A stretch of DNA of 64,000 nucleotides from contig CM059432.1 in NCBI GenBank assembly GCA_030390025.1, positions 146,818,001-146,882,000 on the forward strand. Direction: 5' to 3'. Both the position numbers and the translations under genes were made by a program. A model generated the notes under the pieces. The model was given only the letters and a program-made list of their open reading frames with translations. It ran no database searches and was not told where the DNA came from. This document shows, piece after piece, positions 38,661-51,252 of the stretch. This stretch comes from Squalus acanthias. Its lineage: Eukaryota. How positions within the stretch are numbered: the stretch's first letter is position 1; each line of letters opens with the position of its first letter.

Positions 38661-40062
38661 ATTGTTTCAGAATATAACGGTCTCAAATACACTCAAGGTT
38701 CATGCACCGCATGTTATGTTCTAAAATGAGTTCAAATGTTTTAGTCACATAATCTGGTAGAAATACTATTTACCCCAGTAAAAAACTGGAAAAAATTCTG
38801 ATCAGACGAGCCAATCCCCACTCCCAGCTTCCCATCAGGGAGCTGTGTTTGATGGGAATGTGGGTGGAGATGGATGGAAGCACGGGACTTTGCGGGAGTG
38901 TATTTGCTTTCAGGCCTTATTAACAGAAGCCTCGACGTTACTCGCTGATTGAATGGGAAACTGTTTTCACTGATTGATTTTTGAAGTACAGCAACCATTT
39001 TTCCTGGGCAATGGTGAAAAATAACATACTGCGACAACACCCGCTCTGCAACAGCTGTGAATAACTACTTGGCTTCCCCATGGGATCTGGACAACTCTGC
39101 AAGAGTTCGATTTAAGTTCACACACGCCAACCTGTGATACCATGGGGGCAAGCATGAAATCTGGAAATAGCTGTTACTCATGCTAGGGCATGTAGCTGCC
39201 ACTAATGAAGTCGAACGCAATTCAGTGCCACTTACAGTCATTATCAAGCTGCACAAGGACTTGAAAAGTAGCTGATCAGTCTATATTTTCTAGCATTTAG
39301 CAATACGAAATCCAAACAAGTGGAAAAGGTTTACGCGCGGTTGCAATGGATAAGAAAGCAAGAGGGGTTCCAGTTGGTGAGGACACTGGTGACAATTGTG
39401 TTTGAGGATAGGAGATATGACTCAGTCGTTAAATGTTATAATATCAGTGAACAGGTCACAATAGGATTGAATTGGGATAAAGAAATGAAAACACGAGTGT
39501 GCAGTTGGACAAGCGAAGTACAGATTCTCTCACTCTTCATTGTGGCAGCAGTAATTATAGAACCTACATAGAAAACACCCACCAAAACCATTCGGTAGGA
39601 GTAAAACTATATAATTACATCTGATGTGATCATGGGGTAAATTTTACCAATTAGCAGTCCCAGAGCAGAACCTCGAGCAATGAGAATGAATGTTGAGAAT
39701 TTGGGCAGGAGGATCAGCTCACCCCATCCATCTGATTTAAAGATTTCCTCTGTTTGGTATTTATGGCTCACGGGTGTCTTCATGAGCCACGTACATAAGG
39801 ACATAAGAAAGGCAACAGCAAAGGGCACTGGCGGAGTGGCAGTGGTGGGAGGACGAATGCTGTCATCCTGAGAGAGGACATCAGGTTCGTTCTCCACGGA
39901 GCCACTGCCTCTCCCCCGGGGGCGGCGCCTCAGCATTCCTAGTAATCTGTTGGGGGACAGATTGCTGGACTGTTGTGACACCCTGTATGCCCCTTTCAAC
40001 TCTGGTAAACCCAGCCACGATGGCAGCAGTCTGAGCTTCCGCTGCAGCACTAAGAAATTATT

Positions 40063-40823
40063 GGGCCAGAAATTCGGCTCTCCGGCTTCCCGCGGGTGCA
40101 AGGATCGCGCGCGTAGTTACCTAGCGCGCCTGCCGTTGTGCTTCGGGCCCGCGTGGAATTCGGCTCCTGGGCCTCCTGCAGCTGCCGGCGCGCAGTGCTC
40201 GCGTATCCCAGCGGCGCAACTAGTTCGAAGCGTCCCCTGGGATCACATGGGCCATGGAGAGCCAATCGGAGCAGGGAATCTTCATTCATAGATTTGACAG
40301 GAAGACCTGTCAAATCTATGAATAGAGATCGCCCCCAAAACCTCACTAAAACTTCAAATAAATTTTTAAAAATCACATTTTTAAAATAACTATAAATTAC
40401 ATAAATTAACTACTTTAAACAAAAATTTAAATTTTTGAAAAAATTAATTACACTTTTTAACGGTGCTAAATATAAACTTACCTTTCTTTAAAGTATGTAA
40501 AAAAGATAAACCTGTTGAAAAAATGTTTAAATTGTACTTAATTCACCACTTACCTTGTTAAAAGCAGGCCTTGCGCCTCCTTTTTTCCTGCGCAGCTTCT
40601 TCATACTTAACCTCACGGAGAAACCTGAAAAAAAAAACGAAGTCCGCTGCCTGCGCGCTGCCTCTCCAGCGCACGCGTTCGACCTCTGAACCCCTTCCTT
40701 CAGGGGAACGGAAGTTCTGGTTTCCAGCACATGCGCAGTGCATGCGCGAAACCGGCACTTTCGTTGGGTCTACGGGTGAGTACACAGCGCGTACTCACCC
40801 GTGGAGACCCGAATTTCTGGCCC
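40063..40823. mobile_element. Harbinger-type MITE, family B, inside the Myb/SANT-gene exon 3
   Basis: TIR GGGCCAGAAATTCGG...CCGAATTTCTGGCCC, flanks ATT/AAT. Confidence 0.85.
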
Positions 40824-41664
40824 AATCGTTGCTTTCGCTTGTGCTGCAATGGAAGCTGAGATATCCGCCATCACACACTGCACCCACAAGTGCGTAATTG
40901 TGTTGCCCATCACTTTCATCCTGGAAATCATGGGCTTCAAGCTCTGTGCAAAGTTGGTGCCGGACACCCCCATGCTCCTTGACAATGACAACAGGCTTTC
41001 TGGCAGGCCTGCCAATGCACCAAGCAGTTCATTGTGCATACCCACCAGTGATCTTCTGTCGGCCGCCCCATCGAAGTCCTCATCTGAGTCCTGTACAGCA
41101 GAACTCGTGTGCGAGCTCACCCTCTGGGGAGCTGCCACCCGCGCTACCCTTCCCCCTGGCATGCAGCCCACTTGTGCCCGGTGCAGATCCCGCCTTTATA
41201 CTATCCTCTAAAATCTGTGCAGTGTCAGTTTCTGAGCTAGTGCCTGCGAGTTACAGATCGAGTGACGGTGGCTCTTCTTCAACAATCTCCTCTTCCACCA
41301 CTGGCTGGACAGCTTGGAGGTCTTGCGTATCTGAAAGGAGGAAGGCACACTGGTAGGGTTGTGGTGAGTGGATGGGGGGTAAAACAAGATGTGCATGCTT
41401 CCACCATCAGCAGTTTGCAAGTGAGAAGAGATTGTTTGATGAGGAGGAACTTGGATGTGATGAGGAGGATTAAGTATCAGCATACTGTCATCTTGAATGT
41501 TTTCAACGTCGCCGCTCGCCACAGCCTCAATGACGGCCCCTCCAATTACCTGCAGCACCCTCTCCTCCATGGGGGTGAGGACATGTAGCCTTGCCCGTCC
41601 CCCACCAGTTCACTGCTGCTCTCTCTCCTGTTATGAGACACCTTGGACTGCAAGAGAAAGGGAA

Positions 41665-41775
41665 GTGTGTCAGTGAGTGTGATGCAATGTGATTGGGTGA
41701 AGTGTGTCAGTGAGTGTGATGCAATGTGATTGGGTGAAGTGTGTCAGTGAGTGTGATGCAATGTGATTGGGTGAT
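41665..41775. repeat. 37-bp tandem repeat, three copies
   Basis: gtgtgtcagtgagtgtgatgcaatgtgattgggtgaa x3; single copy in the related element near 1774. Confidence 0.9.
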
Positions 41776-42670
41776 GTGCTTGTCATAGTTGAATAGCTGA
41801 CAGTGTGTGCATGGTGTGAGGTGTGGGTGTAAGTCTTGCGGCAATGATACGTGTGTGAGGGTGAGGTGAAGCTAGGAATACGAGGTTGCCTCGTGTTCGG
41901 TAGAGATTGTTGGTAGACGAGTGATGGGGGCGTGGTGCATTGAGCAGTGTGTGAGGCTGGTGGTGCGATTGGTAGGACACGGCTTTTGAAGATGCATTCA
42001 CTGACCATGACCATTCGTGTGAGGTCATTAAACTTCTTTCAGCATGGGAGCCACGTCCTCGGGGGTGTGGGTGGGGGGGGGGGGGTGGAGGGGGCAACAC
42101 TGCTGGCAGTGATCGCCTTGGTCCCACATCCTTCTTACAGTGTTTCTGGTCTCCTGGCCCCTGTGGGTAGGGGACCTCTCTTCACATGTTCCCACCCTGC
42201 ACAAAGGCCTCAAGTGCTGCGTCTAAGAACTTGGATGCCCTTTCCCTGGTCTGGTGAGCCATTTTGGTTTGTGCTGAAGCCGTTTTACAATTTTTGAGAG
42301 CCAGAAGGCAGCTCACCTTTAAGAGGTGCAGACAGCCTTTAAGAGGTGCAGGCTCCCTGCTGAGCACAGCCAATCAGCAGCGCACTCAGCGCTGGGCTGT
42401 GCGCTGCTATCATTATAATTAGCAGGCAGCACGAAGTTTACGGGCGCGGGCCGATCACGCATCACGATCCCTGCGCCCATTTTCGGGCCTTATCAAATTT
42501 TCACCCCCTAAATCCTTGCTCCTGTTAATTTACATATATCTCGAACTCCTGATACCGACTGATCTCGGCGTTCTGCTTCAGGATTTGTCCAGCAATGAGG
42601 TAACATGCGCTAGGAGAGCCCTTTTCAAACCTCCAGGGCTACTGAATTCGAGCAGGCGAAACGTCAGGAA

Positions 42671-42856
42671 TTCTTCTTCTTCTTAGGCAGTACCTCGGGG
42701 CCGAGGATGACTTGCTTCCACACTAAAAATGAGTTCTCGGGTGACTGATGAGTCCAATGCGGGACCTACAGTCTCTGTCACAGGTGGGGGCAGACGGTGG
42801 TTGAAGGGACGGGTGGGTGGGGTGCTTGGGTTGACGCGCGCTTCCTGCGCTTGGCA
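42671..42856 (-). mobile_element. RTE-clade LINE 3' end
   Basis: Matches 28150-28310; (TTC)n tail. Confidence 0.85.
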
Positions 42857-43636
42857 CTGACACTGTCAGATAGAACTAATTGAAGCAGAATAATTGATTG
42901 AGCTGTCCAGCTCAGGCCAGTTAAAAGCCAATAGTCATTTGAGGAGCTCAGTAGAAAAAATACAAAGTTTAACTTGAAAGATGTGTCATTGCCTCCTCAT
43001 CTTATCATTGCTCAATCTCATCTTCAATTTGAATCAACATTTCAAACTAAAGACTGAAAGATCTAGTTGGCTGTGCTAATATGACCTTTACAACTGTTCT
43101 TGCCGTCATTAATGAAATCTAAATGATTTATAGTGTGATTAGAAGAGCTGTCTTCTTTATACCCGTTGATTGTCCTCGTCAGGACTGCCTCATATCAGCT
43201 TTCACTGAGTGCAGCTGCCAGACACACATGTTGCCAAAGATCTCCAAACAGAAATGAAGATCAATTTTACATACATTTCATCTCAGAACTGAGAACTTCA
43301 CTTAAATATTACAGTGGCAGTAATGATTTAAAAATCGTGTCAAAGGGAAGCCTGAGGATGCAACATTCAGATACAGGCCTGGCTCTCAAGCTGTTAAAGG
43401 GACATTGCTTTTGTAAATTAATTTGTGAAGACAGAAAAAACAGAAATGAAATTTCGCATTATAATCCGGAAGATTTCATGCTGAAAATTACTAAATGATG
43501 CAATTCAGAACATTTTATATCATTGCATCACAAATAAATAAAAGTTTTGCCAAGGACGGTGAAGATAGTTTCCCTTTAATCCACTCAAGCAACTGATTGT
43601 AACAGCTCAGCATGTTTCAGTTTACTAAAAGCTACT

Positions 43637-44292
43637 GGGCTGGATTTTCATTGACCCGTGGAGGTGGGTTTGGAGGCGTGTGGGGGGTTAAAATTGCGAA
43701 AACTGGCGGGCGGGCACAAGCCCGCCTCCACGCAATTTTCATTAAATCGTGTCTGCTGGTCCCGACTCCGTCCCACCTCTAAGAGGTGGGATAGGCTGGT
43801 AAGGCCCTTAACAAGCACTATATTGCCTCTATAATGCCATTTTGAAAGGCCTTTGTGATTTTAACCCTTTTTCTACGTGAAGCTCGCCTGCTCTGAACCA
43901 CGAATGTGAAACCTGGCGGTAGCACATTTCAATAGTTGACTATCAGCTGCAGGTCCACTATTACAACAGAGGTGTGTAGTAGTAGTAGGAGGAGGAGGAG
44001 GAGATGACAACATATCTGGTGGTGGTGGTGGTGGAAAAATATCTGGGATGCTCATTTTGCATCTAGGTCCTCTCACAGCAAAGGCCAGGCAGTCTTTGCA
44101 GACTTTCAATGCAGCAGCAATGATGACATCATCAGAGGCGACTTTCAGACTGAAACCACTAATTGGTTCATGGGTTCCCACATGCTGGAACTCAATTGCC
44201 CAATTAGGTGAAAATCGCATCAATCTCCCACATCCAATTGCAGTCGGGTGGATGACACGACCCCAACCCGCCCCAGTATCAAAATCCAGCCC
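43637..44292. mobile_element. Harbinger-type MITE, family A
   Basis: TIR GGGCTGGATTTT...AAAATCCAGCCC, flanks ACT/ACA; closely similar to 174-837. Confidence 0.9.
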
Positions 44293-45649
44293 ACAGTGTC
44301 TCACATCTCATTCGTGTTTAAAACTTAATACTAAAATATACTACTTACTAAATATGGTTCTGTACGTCCAAACCTGTTGAGTGATACAAAGTTTGAGTAG
44401 AATTTGGTGCAATTTAGCTCACTGGGCATATCAGCTTCCACCCTAACGCTGGGTTGCACTGACGCTGGTTAAGTAGGAACTCCCAATGTAAGGAGTCCCA
44501 GCTCCTGCTCACAGCCCCACTGATTTGGAGGGCCGGTCTTTGGAGCGGGCAGAGATTCTCTTCCAGACAAGACCCTCCAGAAACTGCTGAAACTCCCGGG
44601 ACCTGGTATCTGTGTGGGTCCTGGTCCATTTCTGGAACCGTCTGCTGTATTTGTTGCCAGAGTTGCAGCACCACTGCACCAGAAGACCTGTACAATCGGG
44701 ATAAATTCATTAATAAGGGCTGGGAAGGCAGACGTCCAAACATAAAATTGGTTCAACACATGAAGAGCATGCGCTCAAAATGTTCAGTTCTGTATCGTAA
44801 TCCTGCAGAACAACTAAATAGATGAAACAAAAAAGCTATAATTCTTTTCGCTGAGAATATTAGTGTATCATGTTTGTCTTATCGAAAGTGCAAGTTACAA
44901 GCTTAGTCAGTTAATCAAAATGGAGTACTGAGAAGAGTGGCACATTTTTCATTCTTTTCATTTTATCTTCACCAACCTTCATCTGATGCGGAATTGAGCA
45001 TCCATTGCATTTTATTGAGCCAAATATAATTCGGATCAATAAACTGGGCAGGATATTTTACACTCAATTGAGTAAATTCAAAGGCAACAAAGAACACAGG
45101 TTTGTAAAATCAATCAACTCTTTCCTGTTTCTCTTTATTGTGCAAAACATCTACTTTGAGCTGCTCTTTATCAGTAGTACAGAATAGTTATAGTTGAAGT
45201 CGCAGTCACAGAGGAGACCGAAGTTAATGAAATGAATGCGATATTCTGTTAAATTTAATGAAGAGTTGTGCCAATATTAATTAAATAGGGAGAGAAGGAT
45301 AGACCTTATCAACTTAATGAATTGCACTACTTATACTCCTTTATCTGGTGTACAAATGTATTTTAATTCAAAGTCAAAATGCAAAAAATGAACCTTAGAT
45401 TGCAAACATCCTTGGATGAATTCTAAACCTGCCACTTTTATTCAGTTTTCAACTGTACTAATCTAATATTACAGTAAAGTTACTGAACTGTCAGCAGTAG
45501 AATCACCACAGTAATAATTGCTCACACTATCAAAATAAATCATCTTCAAAATGAAAGCATCTAAACTCTTCAGGCCTGAGATGGGGCATGGAGGGCGTGG
45601 GGACAGGAGTAGGCCATTCAGCCCCTCAAATCTGTTCAACCATTCAATT

Positions 45650-48600
45650 ACATAGGTTACATAGAATATACAGCACAGAAACAGGCCATTCGGCCCAATC
45701 AGTCCATGTTCCACTCGAGCCTCCTCCCATGTTTCCTCATCTAACTCTATCAGCAGAACCCTCAGTTCCTTTCTCCCTCATGTGCTTATCTAGCTTCCCC
45801 TTAAATACATCTCTACTATTTGCCTCAAACTACTCCCTGTGGTAGCGAGTTCCACATTCTCACCACTCTCTGGGTAAAGAAGTTTCTTCTGAATTCCCTA
45901 TTGGATTTCTTGATGGCTATCTTATATTGATTATAAAATTGTTGCATAATTTTAAAGACCTCTATTAGGTCACCCCTACAAGAGAAATTTCAAGAGAAAA
46001 GAGACCCAGCCTGTTCATCCTTTCTTGATAGGTATAACCTCTCAGTTCTGGTATCATCCTTGTAAATCTTTCTTGCACCCTCTCAAGTGGCTCTATATCC
46101 TTTTTATAACATGGTGACCAGAACTGTACACAGTATTCCAGTTATGGTCTAACCAAGGTTCGATACAAGTTTAGTATAACTCCACTACTTTTCAATTCTA
46201 TCCCTCTAGAAATAAACCCTAGTGTTTGGTTTGATTTTTTTTATGGCCTTATTAACCTGTGTCGATACTTTCAGTGATTTGTGTATTTGTACTCCCAGAC
46301 CACTTTGCTCCTCCACCCTATTTAGATTCTTATTTTACAAGTAATATTTGACCTCCTTATTTTTCTTCCCAAAATGTAATACTTCACACTTAACTGTGTT
46401 GAAATTCACTTGCCAATTATATGCCCATTCTGCAAGTTTATTAATGTCTTCTTGTAATTTGTTGCAGTTCTCCTCAGTAACTGACTAGCCCTGCGCCCCC
46501 CTCCCCACCGCCCCCCCCCCCCCCATCCCCCCCATAATTTGGTGTCATCGGCAATTTTAGAAATTGTGGGCTGGATTTTACGAACCTCGGCAGGTCTGCG
46601 GCAGGTGATGTCGATGGAGGGTCCCCGCCCCGCTGTGTGGAATGAATTTACCTTGATTGGGCTTGTTAAGCCCGTTCAGTGCGTTTCCCGGCCAGGACAG
46701 GTATAGCACGGGCTAGATGCAGCGTAAAGATCCCTCTACACTGCCCCATCCAGAGGAAGCAGGTCTGATGGCATCATCAGCTGGTTTCCTTAAAGGGACC
46801 ATGGCCAACTTTAGTTTGACAGTTGTGCTGTCAGTGTTCTACAGCACTGAGGTGCTGCAAACACCGAAGAGCACTGCACAGAGGTGCAGGGCTGCACTCA
46901 GGCTCTCCCATGACTCCCTCCATATGCTTATGGAGGGAGTCACAGCACACAAGGAGGTCCTCTTCCCTTCCCATGGGTAGAGAAGACCTCCCTAGGAGAT
47001 CAACACAGCCTGGTTGCACATTGCAGAGGAGGGCACAAGCAGGGATGTGGTCAGGAGGACCAGGCTGCAGTGCCGCAAATGTTTCAATGATCTCAGTAGA
47101 TCACGAAACGTTAGTACAAAGCCACACTCCACCTCATCCTGCTGTGCCTCTCATCACATCCCCATCACACTGCCTTCCCTACCCTACTCCTGCACATCCT
47201 TACTCACACCAACGTACCTTGCACCTCCACACATCCCTCTCTATCTACATTATCACTTCCCCATCTCACTAGCCACCCCTCACACTCACCCTCATCCTAG
47301 TCCAATCATACCAACTAACAACACACAAGGGTAGGCACTTATGTTTTATGCAATTAAGTTTCTGTTAATGTGGTGTCAAACATTGAAACCTTTATTTTCA
47401 ACACTTTGCGTTCTTGGACAGATTTGTGTGCATCTTTGGAAGTGGCTTAGTGAGTTGCAGTGAATGGTGAGACATAACTGTACCCCCCGCAATGGTGATG
47501 AGTGTGAAAGGAATGGCTTGGGCATTGTAGGGATGCTTTATGGTGTTGATGTGGGGTGGTGCCAACCTGGCGCATCATGTGACAGCCAAGGTGTGCAGCG
47601 TCAAGTGAAGTAAATGTGGCCATGGGGAGGCCATCCCTGGGGTCCCAGGCAACAATGTGGTCGGGTGCTGATGCCCTGTGTCCTGTGCAGCATCAGTTGA
47701 TGCGGAGTAGGTTGGTGTTGTTGTTGGTGCTGCCGGTGTGCCTGGTGATGCTGGTGTTTGGGCTGATCGTGGTCAGATTCTGAGGACCAAGGTGAGTGAG
47801 TATAAAGTGCACCCATGCTGATGGAATAGATGGCAGGTGAAGTAAAGATAACAGAAGCGATCCGTCAATGGTGGGAGACGTAATGAGGTCAGACAGGATG
47901 GAGACTTGTGTAAAGACTTGCAGCATTCTGAATCTGTAGTGGAAATGCAGTTTAGAGAAGCTAGTGGTTAAGGGAACATATTTCAATCGGCTGGTAGCTT
48001 TGACTTGACATTTGAAGCTGTCAACTTATCAGCTGATTCAATGGCCACTGACCTCCCGCCTAAGCTTCACAGACAAGGTCTAGGCACAGCGGGAAACTGG
48101 TGGGCGACCTGTCAAAATCAAAAAGCTGGGGAAAAATACATTGTTAAGCGGCTGGAAACAATCCACTAATGATTTTAATTGCCTCCCCCGCCGCTGCGTG
48201 TCTGGTCTGCTCAGCGCTGACAGACCCGACATTTGGTAAAGGCGCATGGCGGTGAGTTCACAGCGGGATCCCCACCCACTGGGGGAAAAAATGCACCTCC
48301 CACCTGACCCACCACCGATCATGTCCGCTGACCCCCCGCAAAATCCAGCCCTGTGTTTTTGATTCCAAAGTCAAAATCGTTAATATAAATTGTGAGCAAT
48401 AGTGGTCCCAGCACTGATCCCTGTGGGACCCCACTTCCCATCTTCTGCCATTCTGAATAGCTACCCTTTACCCCTGCTCTCTGCTTGCAGTCTTGCAGCC
48501 AGTTTGCTATCCATTCTGCTACTTGTCCCCTGACTGCGCATGCTCTGACCTTATTCATTAGTCTATTATGTGGCACCTTATTGAAGGTCTGTTGGAAGTC

Positions 48601-50548
48601 TAGATAAATTATAACTACTGCATTACCCTTGTCTACTCTCTCTGTTACCTCTTCAAATATTTCAATGAGGTTGGTCAAACAAGACTTTCCCTTTTGAAAT
48701 CCAGGCTGACTTTATTATTATATTTTTGGTGTTTTTCTATTTTCTCCTTTAGTAGGGATTCCATTATTTTTCCTACCACCAATATTAAGCTGACTGATCT
48801 ATATTTCCCTGTACATTTATCTCCCTTCTTAAGTATAGGTATTATGGTAGCTATCCGCCAGTCCTCTGGCACTACACCTATTTCTAACAAATTATTAAAT
48901 ATGTATAATAGTGCTTCTGTTATCTCTTCCCTAGATTCTTTTAAAAATGTACGGATGTAATCTGTCCGGACCAGGGGTTTTATCCTCTTTTGAGTTTGAT
49001 TAGTTTATTTAATATTTCTCCTCTTTTGATTTTAAATGCAGTTATATCATTTCTAATCTCATCTTCCGATGTCATGTCCACCTGATCTGTCTCCTTGGTA
49101 AATACTGAAGCAAAGTAATTATTTAATATTTCTGCAATTTCGCTATCGCTGTGTGCAATTTTATCCCATCCATCTGTTACTGGCCCTATTTCCATCCCAA
49201 CTTTCCTCTTTTTATGTGCCTGTAGAGTATTTTACTATTTTGTTTTCTGTTCCTTGATAATTTAATTTCATAGTTCCGCTTTGTCTTCCTAATTATTTTT
49301 TTGACTTCTCTCCTAATCTCTTTGTATTCTCCCTTGTCATGCTCTCCCCATGCTGTCCATGTGCTTAGTATAGGCCTCTTTCATTACCCTCAATTTTTCC
49401 CTTATGTCTTTATTCATCCATGGTGTCTCGTTAGTGTTTAGTTTGTTCTTGTTTTTTACTGGAATATGTTTTTCATGGACTCTTTTGAACACTGTTTTAA
49501 ATGTTTCCCATTGCTGTTCTACATCATTGTTTGCCAATATTGTTGTCTATTTTATTTTCCAAAGTTCTATTCTCAGCCCCGCAAAATCAGCTTTTCTCCA
49601 ATCTGTTACCCTGGTATTTGTCATGCTTATGTTCTTCTCAATTATTATCTTAAACCCTATTATATTATCGCCACTATTGCCTAGGTGTCACCCTACTTTG
49701 ACTTTTCTTATCTTCTCGGGTTCATTCCCCATTATTAGGTCCAGTAGTAAATCCTGTACACATTGTCGGACCTCCATTCCCTGATCCCCTTTACCTATCT
49801 CTTCTGCCCAATTAATTTTGGGGTAGTTGCTGTCTCCATGATTATTATTCTATGTTTTTTACTCATTTCTCTAATTTGTTTGCATATTTCTTCTTCCACC
49901 TCCCTTCCACTATTAAGTGGTCTGTATTCCACCCCTATTAGTGTGATTGATCCTTTATTATCTTTTATCTCTATCCATATGCATTCTATTTCTGTCTTAA
50001 TGACGGCTGCGTCACTTTTTTCTACTGCCATTATGTTATCTCTAATAAATGCAGCTACTCCACCTCCCCCGTTTCCCTCTCTAAGTTTTCTCAATATGTT
50101 ATACCCCACAATATTTAATTCCCAGTCCTGATTTTTCTGTAGCCATGTCTCAGTAATCCCTACTCTATCTGGTTCCTTGCAATGTATTATTGCCTTTAGT
50201 TCCCCTGTTTTATTATGGACACTGTGTGCATTGCTATACAAACAGTTTAACTCATTCTTAATAGCAATTCCTCTCTCTTTATTTTTAACCATCTTTTTAC
50301 ACTCCTGATCTATAACTCCATTTATTCCCTGGCCATTTATGTCCTCCCTTAGTTTAGTTTGTTTGACGCTCTTCTTTGCTGTTTCATTTATATTTAGGCT
50401 TGTTTCATTTTTTGTAGATCCCTCCCCCTGTCTTACCTCCCTATTTACCCTTTCCGCTAGGACCCTGGTCCCAATCCGGTTCAGGTGGAGCCTGTCCCAT
50501 TGGTACAGCTCCTTCCTGACCCAGTACGGGTTCCAGTGTCCCATGAAA
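45650..50548 (-). mobile_element. Long decayed CR1 (end of ORF1 esterase through 3' UTR) inserted in an older CR1 tail and split by a Harbinger-type element
   Basis: [40 protein letters not shown] is restored across the insertion. Confidence 0.9.
46569..48350 (+). mobile_element. Non-autonomous Harbinger-type element with Myb/SANT remnant
   Basis: TIR GGGCTGGATTTT...AAAATCCAGCCC, TSD TGT/TGT; RLSHDSLHMLMEGV...LQCRKCFNDLSR. Confidence 0.88.
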
Positions 50549-50624
50549 ACATGGCTGATCTGTATCTCAATTCCATTTACCCGCCTTTGCTCTGTATCCC
50601 TTAATACCCTTACTGAACAAAGAT

Positions 50625-50780
50625 GTATAGCAAAATACTGCGGATGCTGGAAATCTGAAATAACAACAGAAAATGTCGTCTGACGAAGGGTCTCAGACCT
50701 GAAACGTTAACTCTGTTTCTCTCTCCATGGATGCTGCCTGACCTGCTGAGTGTTTCCAGCATTTTCTGTTGTTATTTCAA
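50625..50780. mobile_element. Penelope-derived palindrome with hammerhead core
   Basis: ctgacga agggt ctcag acct gaaa cgttaac at 50680-50712, between inverted gaaataacaacagaaaatg arms. Confidence 0.75.
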
Positions 50781-50924
50781 AAATGTTTATATCTCAGTCT
50801 TGAAAATTTCAATTAACATAGAAACTAGGAGCAGGAGTAGGCCATTCGGCCCATCGAGCCTGCTCCACCATTCAATACGATCATGGCTGATCATCCAAAT
50901 CCAGTACCCTGTCCCTGCTTTCTC

Positions 50925-51252
50925 ACACAGAATCCCCATCGAGCCTGCACCGACACATATCCCACCCTATCCCCGTAACCCCACGTATTTAATTCCCCCT
51001 AACATATCCCATCCTATCCCCGTAACCCCACATATTTAATCCCCCCCTAACACTAAGGGTCAATTTATCATAGCCAAATCAACCTAACCCGCACATTTTT
51101 GGACTGTGGGAGGAAACCGGAGCACCCGGAGGAAACCCACGCAGACACGGGGAGAATGTGCAAACTCCACACAGACAGTCACCCGAGGCCAGATTCGAAC
51201 CCCGGTCCCTGGTGCTGTGAGGCACCAGTGCTAACCACTATGTCACCGTGTG
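50925..51252 (-). mobile_element. HE1-type V-SINE (elasmobranch), with an internal ~47-bp tandem duplication
   Basis: V-domain gtgtggagtttgcacattctccccgtgtctgcgtgggtttcctccgggtgctccggtttcctccca; tRNA head with GGTTCGAATC. Confidence 0.9.

Larger units (their letters stand above)
39730..42508 (-). mobile_element. Harbinger-type element with a three-exon decayed Myb/SANT-like gene; left boundary uncertain
   Basis: MAHQTRERASKFLDAALEAFVQ...KKFNDLTR; exon 2 MEERVLQVIGGAVIEAV; GT/AG sites near 42006, 41649, 41483 and 41330; ends AAATTTTCACCCCC followed by TAA. Confidence 0.8.

Noticed and set aside
39607..40101. 164-aa minus-strand ORF as a host exon
   Set aside because: It appears to continue the Harbinger accessory exon across the MITE (SIAAQAKATI...AAAEAQTAAIV in another frame).
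41665..41775. 37-bp direct repeats resembling a CRISPR array in length
   Set aside because: Head-to-tail with no spacers, inside a transposon intron in vertebrate DNA.
51180..51252. tRNA gene (also at 2845 and 19720-19790)
   Set aside because: tRNA-derived SINE heads continuous with SINE bodies.
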